Positions 59,478 to 64,000 of a stretch of DNA of 64,000 nucleotides are shown here, piece by piece. The notes under the pieces are model-generated. The model worked only from the letters and a program-made list of their open reading frames with translations. It was not told the origin of the DNA and searched no databases. The position numbers and the translations under genes were made by a program. Source of the DNA: Candidatus Latescibacterota bacterium (GTDB lineage Bacteria > Latescibacterota > UBA2968 > UBA8231); assembly GCA_965215195.1 (NCBI GenBank), contig CBDCDC010000002.1, forward strand, positions 1,248,001 through 1,312,000. The letters are read 5' to 3'. Every line of letters begins with the position of its first letter. Positions within the stretch are counted from its first letter, which is position 1.

Positions 59478-60290
59478 CTAACGCGCGGCTGGCTCGACGT
59501 CGTTTTCCCGAAACCCAGCCACGATGATGTTGTTGTTGCGCTCCAGCACGTTGTCTTGGTCGATCCGCTGCGGATTGTCCGCAGCCCGTCCCACCGGCCG
59601 CAGGGCCGTGCTGTGATAGCCAAAGCGCACGGACTTGCGCCAAGCGTCCGTGCGGTTGCAATCCGACCAGTGGATCGTCTGGTAGCTGAAAAAGATCACG
59701 TCGCCGCGCTGGGCCGGCACGGCCACGCTGTCGAGGTGCTCGGGATGGTACTGCGCGGGCGGTAGATGCGGAGCCGTATCCGGCCCTAGCACGTGCTCCA
59801 ACGGCCCCTGCTTGTGGCTGCCCGGCACGACCATCAGCGCCCCGCTCTCCAGCGGCGTGTCGTCCAAGTGCAACAAGCAGTCCACGAAATCCGGGCCGTC
59901 GTGCGGGTAAAACGGATAGTCTTGGTGCATGGGAAAGGGCGTACCTTTCTCCGGCGGCTTGGCGTGCAGGACCGTGTGGTGCCACTGCACCGGGCCGTCG
60001 ATGAGCTGCCGCACGCAGGCGATCATCGGCTCGTGAAAGAGGACTCGGCCCCAAGCGGCCGAGTAAAAGTGCGGGTTGTGCATGAAGACCGCCCGCGTGT
60101 TGAGCCGGTCTTCGTCGTCGAGGTAGCGATCGCGCCAAGGGCCGACCCAGCCGATCGTCTCCTGCCCCCACTGCTCGATCACCCGCACCATCTCCGCGGC
60201 CAGCTCTGCGGTTTCCTCGGGCGCGAAAAGCTGGGGAACCTTGAGATAACCCTGTTCGCGGTAGTGCGCTACCTGCTCCTTGCTCAGCAT
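59478..60290 (-). CDS. phytanoyl-CoA dioxygenase (PhyH) family
   Basis: PMHQD, VPGSHK, GDVIFFSYQTIH. Confidence 0.9.
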   Translation of the reverse strand: MLSKEQVAHYREQGYLKVPQLFAPEETAELAAEMVRVIEQWGQETIGWVGPWRDRYLDDEDRLNTRAVFMHNPHFYSAAWGRVLFHEPMIACVRQLIDGPVQWHHTVLHAKPPEKGTPFPMHQDYPFYPHDGPDFVDCLLHLDDTPLESGALMVVPGSHKQGPLEHVLGPDTAPHLPPAQYHPEHLDSVAVPAQRGDVIFFSYQTIHWSDCNRTDAWRKSVRFGYHSTALRPVGRAADNPQRIDQDNVLERNNNIIVAGFRENDVEPAAR

Positions 60291-60410
60291 GTCTAGCTCC
60301 TTTGGGAAAGTTCAGTGGCAAGTGCCGCTAGGGACTAATCGTTCTTCCTTCACTGACGCGCCCCTGCTGGCCGACGCCAGCGCGGGGGCACCTGTTTCAC
60401 GAGGATCGCA

Positions 60411-61223
60411 CTATTCTGCGGTCGATTCATCCGCTCGCTCTTCTTCCGGTGCGACCAGTGCGCGGATGCGGGCGAGGATCGCCGCGACGGTCTCGCGCAC
60501 GGCCGCGAGCAACTCAAAGCGGTCGTCCATGACCACCTCTGCGCCAGCATAGCGGTAGCGCACCGCATACTCGGTCAGCCACGCCAGCCGCTCGCCAGCC
60601 GAGGTGGCACTTTCGGCCGGATGCTGGCGCACGATTGCGCTTAGCTTCGTCAGGTCGTGAGTATTGCGGTAATCGGCGTCAAGCGCGGAAATCCAGCCCT
60701 TCAGCGCATTTTCAAGCGCCTGCTGGGCGGTAAACCCAATCAGTTCTTGCGAAGACCGAGGGTTTTCTGTGAGAACTTCCAAATCGCTGAGGTAGCGCTC
60801 GGCATTGGCCATGCGCTGCCGTATGTCGGGCCAATTGCTCGGCTCTGGGTTGTCGTAGCTCACTTTGTCTCCATTGGCGTCCAAGCCATCGCGGACGGCT
60901 TGGCCAGCCACGTGGTTGCGCGCCCGTCGCCCGTCGCGGAAGGCCCTCTCGCTCATGCGAACCAAATCGACGCTGATCGAATCGCCGTATAGTTTCTCGA
61001 CTGTGCGGTGAGCGGCTGCGCTGGTGCGTTGGTACGCCTGCGCACTCACCGCACCAGAGCCGATGATGAGCAGGTCAATGTCCGAATCCGGGCTGAAGTC
61101 GCCCCGGGCGCGCGAGCCGAACAGGATGACCCGGTCCGGGTGGACAGCCTCGCCAACGGCGCGTGCAACCGCGCAGGCTTTGGGGTCGGGAGGCCGACGA
61201 GTGGGCGGCTTGGGCATGGTCAA
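60411..61223 (-). CDS. nucleotidyltransferase (MNT)-HEPN fusion, copy A
   Basis: LFGSRARGD..DSDIDL; AQQALENALK..THDL..RY. Confidence 0.88.
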   Translation of the reverse strand: MTMPKPPTRRPPDPKACAVARAVGEAVHPDRVILFGSRARGDFSPDSDIDLLIIGSGAVSAQAYQRTSAAAHRTVEKLYGDSISVDLVRMSERAFRDGRRARNHVAGQAVRDGLDANGDKVSYDNPEPSNWPDIRQRMANAERYLSDLEVLTENPRSSQELIGFTAQQALENALKGWISALDADYRNTHDLTKLSAIVRQHPAESATSAGERLAWLTEYAVRYRYAGAEVVMDDRFELLAAVRETVAAILARIRALVAPEEERADESTAE

Positions 61224-61322
61224 CTTTTAGTTTCACCTGTGCAAGGTGCGGATGATATTCCCCTGCGGGTCAACGCCACGCGCCAGTGCCAGCGCGGGGG
61301 CACCTGTTTCACGAGGATCGCG

Positions 61323-62132
61323 CTATTCTGCGGTCGATTCATCCGCTCGCTCTTCTTCCGGTGCGACCAGTGCGCGGATGCGGGCGAGGATCGCCGCGAC
61401 GGTCTCGCGCACGGCCGAGAGCAACTCAAAGCGGTCGTCCATGACCACCTCTGCGCCAGCATAGCGGTAGCGCACCGCATACTCGGTCAGCCACGCCAGC
61501 CGCTCGCCAGCCGAGGTGGCGCTTTCGGCCGGATGCTGGCGCACGATTGCGCTTAGCTTCGTCAGGTCGTGAGTATTGCGGTAGTCGGCGTCAAGCGCGG
61601 AAATCCAGCCCTTCAGCGCATTTTCAAGCGCCTGCTGCGCGTGAAAGCCAATGGCTTCCTGAGCAGCATTTGCCTCCACCAAAATTTTCAGAACGCCGAG
61701 TTCCCGCTCGGCATTGGCCATGCGCTGCCGTATGTCGGGCCAATTGCTCGGCTCTGGGTTGTCGTAGCTCACTTTGTCTCCATTGGCGTCCAAGCCATCG
61801 CGGACGGCCTGCCCAGCCACGTGGTTGCGCGCCCGGCACCCGTCGCGGAAAGCCCTCTCGCTCATGCGAACCAAATCGACGCTGATCGAGTCGCCGTATA
61901 GTTCCTCGACTGTGCGGTGAGCAGCTACGCTGGTGCGTTGGTACGCCTGCGCGCCCACCGCACCAGAGCCGATGATGAGCAGGTCAATGTCCGAATCCGG
62001 GCTGAAGTCGCCCCGGGCGCGCGAGCCGAACAGGATGACCCGGTCCGGGTGGACTGCCTCGCCAACGGCGCGTGCAACCGCGCAGGCTTTGGGGTCGGGA
62101 GGCCGACGAGTGGGCGGCTTGGGCATGATCAA
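61323..62132 (-). CDS. nucleotidyltransferase (MNT)-HEPN fusion, copy B
   Basis: tandem near-identical paralog. Confidence 0.88.
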   Translation of the reverse strand: MIMPKPPTRRPPDPKACAVARAVGEAVHPDRVILFGSRARGDFSPDSDIDLLIIGSGAVGAQAYQRTSVAAHRTVEELYGDSISVDLVRMSERAFRDGCRARNHVAGQAVRDGLDANGDKVSYDNPEPSNWPDIRQRMANAERELGVLKILVEANAAQEAIGFHAQQALENALKGWISALDADYRNTHDLTKLSAIVRQHPAESATSAGERLAWLTEYAVRYRYAGAEVVMDDRFELLSAVRETVAAILARIRALVAPEEERADESTAE

Positions 62133-62141
62133 CTCTTAGTT

Positions 62142-64000
62142 TCACCTGTGCAGGGTGCGGATGATATTCCCCTGCGGGTCGACCACATCAATCGGCTCCT
62201 GCCGTTGGCCGACGCCGCACGTCCACTGCGGCTCGGCACTTTCCAGATGCCCCGCAAGCGGTCGTCCCTCCCTAGGCATTGAGGACAGCGCCGCGGCGAT
62301 CTTGGCGGCCGCTCCGGGCAGTTTATAGGGTTCGGCCTGCGTGACGTCCACGACGTAGCCGAGGTCGGCCAAGGACTGAATCGTGATCGCGCTCAGCGCT
62401 ATACTCCCCCCACTCCTTGTCGTCATGAGTTCGTTAGGAAACACAGAGGATCTCCAGTGAGCGTCCGCAGCCCCAGTCTTTGCATCATTCCGAACCGGCA
62501 CCTTGGCTTGCGTGTAACTCGATCCTCCCGCGTCGTCAAACGCGGCAATCGCCAGCGGACCGTTGAAATGCGTGTCGGCCCCCTCATTACCCCCCCTAGA
62601 CGGATTCTGGAGGAAACCGAGACCCTCCCAGATCGTCCCGAACCCCAGCACATGCGCTATCTCGTGAAGTACTGCAATCGCAAACCTCTCTCGATAATAT
62701 CCGGAATCGACGTCCCATTTGCTATTGTACCATCCCAAGTTGAACGCCATGCATCCGACGACTGGCAGCAAGGAAATATCGCGCAATATGCGTACACCAC
62801 CCAACCCAACTACTGCTGGACTCGTGTCGTCATCGGGGACGCTAGAGAAGCTAGTTATATAGATCCGTAGGTCGTCTATTCGCTCCCCGGAAGGGATCGC
62901 ATACGAATAATCGTCGCTACACGCCCCCGACCAGCCTCCAGTAAAGGTATAATCCGGCAAGTCCTCCCTAATAATCGCCATCCAGCGATTGGCCGCATAT
63001 TGGATCAACCACTTCTGATGGGCAGTGAAGTGGTCGTCGAGGAAAACGAGTTCGATGTCGAACTCGTTCTCGCGGAAGCCGGACGAGCCAAAGAGTACCG
63101 CAACCCCACGCCTTTCAAGGGCAGGAAGGAAATCGCTGATAGCGGAGAAGTTCAGGGGGTTTCCACTAAGATCCAGACTTGTCAGGTTAGTCAAGCCCTC
63201 AAGCGCCGATACATCCATAATGGCGTTGTCCCTAAGATCCAGACTTGTCAGGCCGGTGGCAAACTCCAGCCCGGTCAAATCGCTGATAGCCACACTGGGC
63301 GCGGATAGGAAGGTCAAAGTCTCCATTTCAGTCGCGAAGATCGGCACACCATTCACCTTGCCCAGTGCCCGCCGCACCGCACGTTCCAGAATGATGTCGG
63401 CGAACGAGACGACTGCCGGGTCCGGTTGCGGGTTCGGCAGGACGACGGAGACCTTGACGTCCCCTTCTATCAAGGTGGGCACCTGTTCGGCGAGGTCCCC
63501 TTGGCGAATGGGATTGTCCACCAAGCCCAACCAGTCCAGCCGGGTCAGACCATCCAACGGCCGCACATCCGCCACCTGATTGTGCCCCAAGTCCAGCGAG
63601 GTCAGCTTCGTCAACCCCGACAACGCACTCACCGCTTCAATCTGGTTGCCCCACAGGTTCAGGTAGGTCAGCTTCGTCAACCCCGCCAACGGACTCACGT
63701 CCGCCACCGCGTTGCCCCACAGACTCAGCCATTGCAAGTTGGTCAAGCCCGCCAACGGACCCACATCCACCACCTGATTGTCCCCCAAGTTCAGGTGGGT
63801 CAACTGGGTCAACCCTGCCAACGGACTCAAATCCGCAATCTGGTTGCCCCACAGGTTCAGCGTGTCCAGTGCTGTCGCGTGTTCGAGGCCGGCCAAGCTC
63901 TCAATGCCTGAGACGTCTTGCCATTCTACGTCGAGCTTCGTCAGGGACGCCAGATCGTCGGCGGTCAGCGGGCCTTCGAGTTTGTTCAGCGTCCGCCGCA
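62142..64000 (-). CDS. internalin-like LRR + leishmanolysin (M8)-like metalloprotease, 5' end outside window
   Basis: 22-aa LRRs; HEIAHVLG..HW..ELMT zinc motif; frame open to window edge. Confidence 0.85.
   Translation of the reverse strand, partial: RRTLNKLEGPLTADDLASLTKLDVEWQDVSGIESLAGLEHATALDTLNLWGNQIADLSPLAGLTQLTHLNLGDNQVVDVGPLAGLTNLQWLSLWGNAVADVSPLAGLTKLTYLNLWGNQIEAVSALSGLTKLTSLDLGHNQVADVRPLDGLTRLDWLGLVDNPIRQGDLAEQVPTLIEGDVKVSVVLPNPQPDPAVVSFADIILERAVRRALGKVNGVPIFATEMETLTFLSAPSVAISDLTGLEFATGLTSLDLRDNAIMDVSALEGLTNLTSLDLSGNPLNFSAISDFLPALERRGVAVLFGSSGFRENEFDIELVFLDDHFTAHQKWLIQYAANRWMAIIREDLPDYTFTGGWSGACSDDYSYAIPSGERIDDLRIYITSFSSVPDDDTSPAVVGLGGVRILRDISLLPVVGCMAFNLGWYNSKWDVDSGYYRERFAIAVLHEIAHVLGFGTIWEGLGFLQNPSRGGNEGADTHFNGPLAIAAFDDAGGSSYTQAKVPVRNDAKTGAADAHWRSSVFPNELMTTRSGGSIALSAITIQSLADLGYVVDVTQAEPYKLPGAAAKIAAALSSMPREGRPLAGHLESAEPQWTCGVGQRQEPIDVVDPQGNIIRTLHR

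Noticed and set aside
791-63911. Many long antisense or alternate-frame ORFs in the track (e.g. 791-1615, 33060-34172, 40336-41262, 57480-58388)
   Set aside because: Shadows of well-supported genes in GC-rich DNA, with no recognisable motifs

Overview
GC-rich bacterial DNA. The mix of sulfatases, PhyH dioxygenases, aldo/keto reductases, an FGE-sulfatase-domain protein, an LRR protein and AAA/PD-(D/E)XK genes resembles marine sponge-symbiont genomes (inference only). The first ~34 kb looks like one sigma-54-controlled, RiPP-like peptide system. Four related cassettes carry a -24/-12 promoter (three with intact enhancer boxes), a 43-46 aa precursor gene, a covarying RNA hairpin and a paralogous beta-propeller lipoprotein; three also have a CxxC thioredoxin-like gene. 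Each precursor has a near-invariant 19-aa leader M(T/I)ALHKPERATY(G/D)QAVEAQ and a hypervariable core with exactly four Cys, ending in CC. The ORF track misses two precursors and over-extends the other two. Two further promoter copies precede the shared machinery: a split RND exporter, ACP, rhodanese, MauE/DoxX and an AT-rich BtrH-like protein; and a redoxin, an ABC exporter and an S8 peptidase fused to a DUF1611/TIGR04066-like domain. Next comes an orphan peptide-binding protein, a sensor kinase and an NtrC-type (GAFTGA) activator. No radical SAM or lanthipeptide enzyme is in the window. The rest (34-64 kb) is mostly catabolic or accessory: a probable UxxC selenoprotein, msrA, a candidate structured RNA, two MITE copies with 9-bp target duplications, TA remnants, tandem MNT-HEPN genes and a partial LRR-metalloprotease gene. 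Family names come from motif recognition by eye, not database searches.
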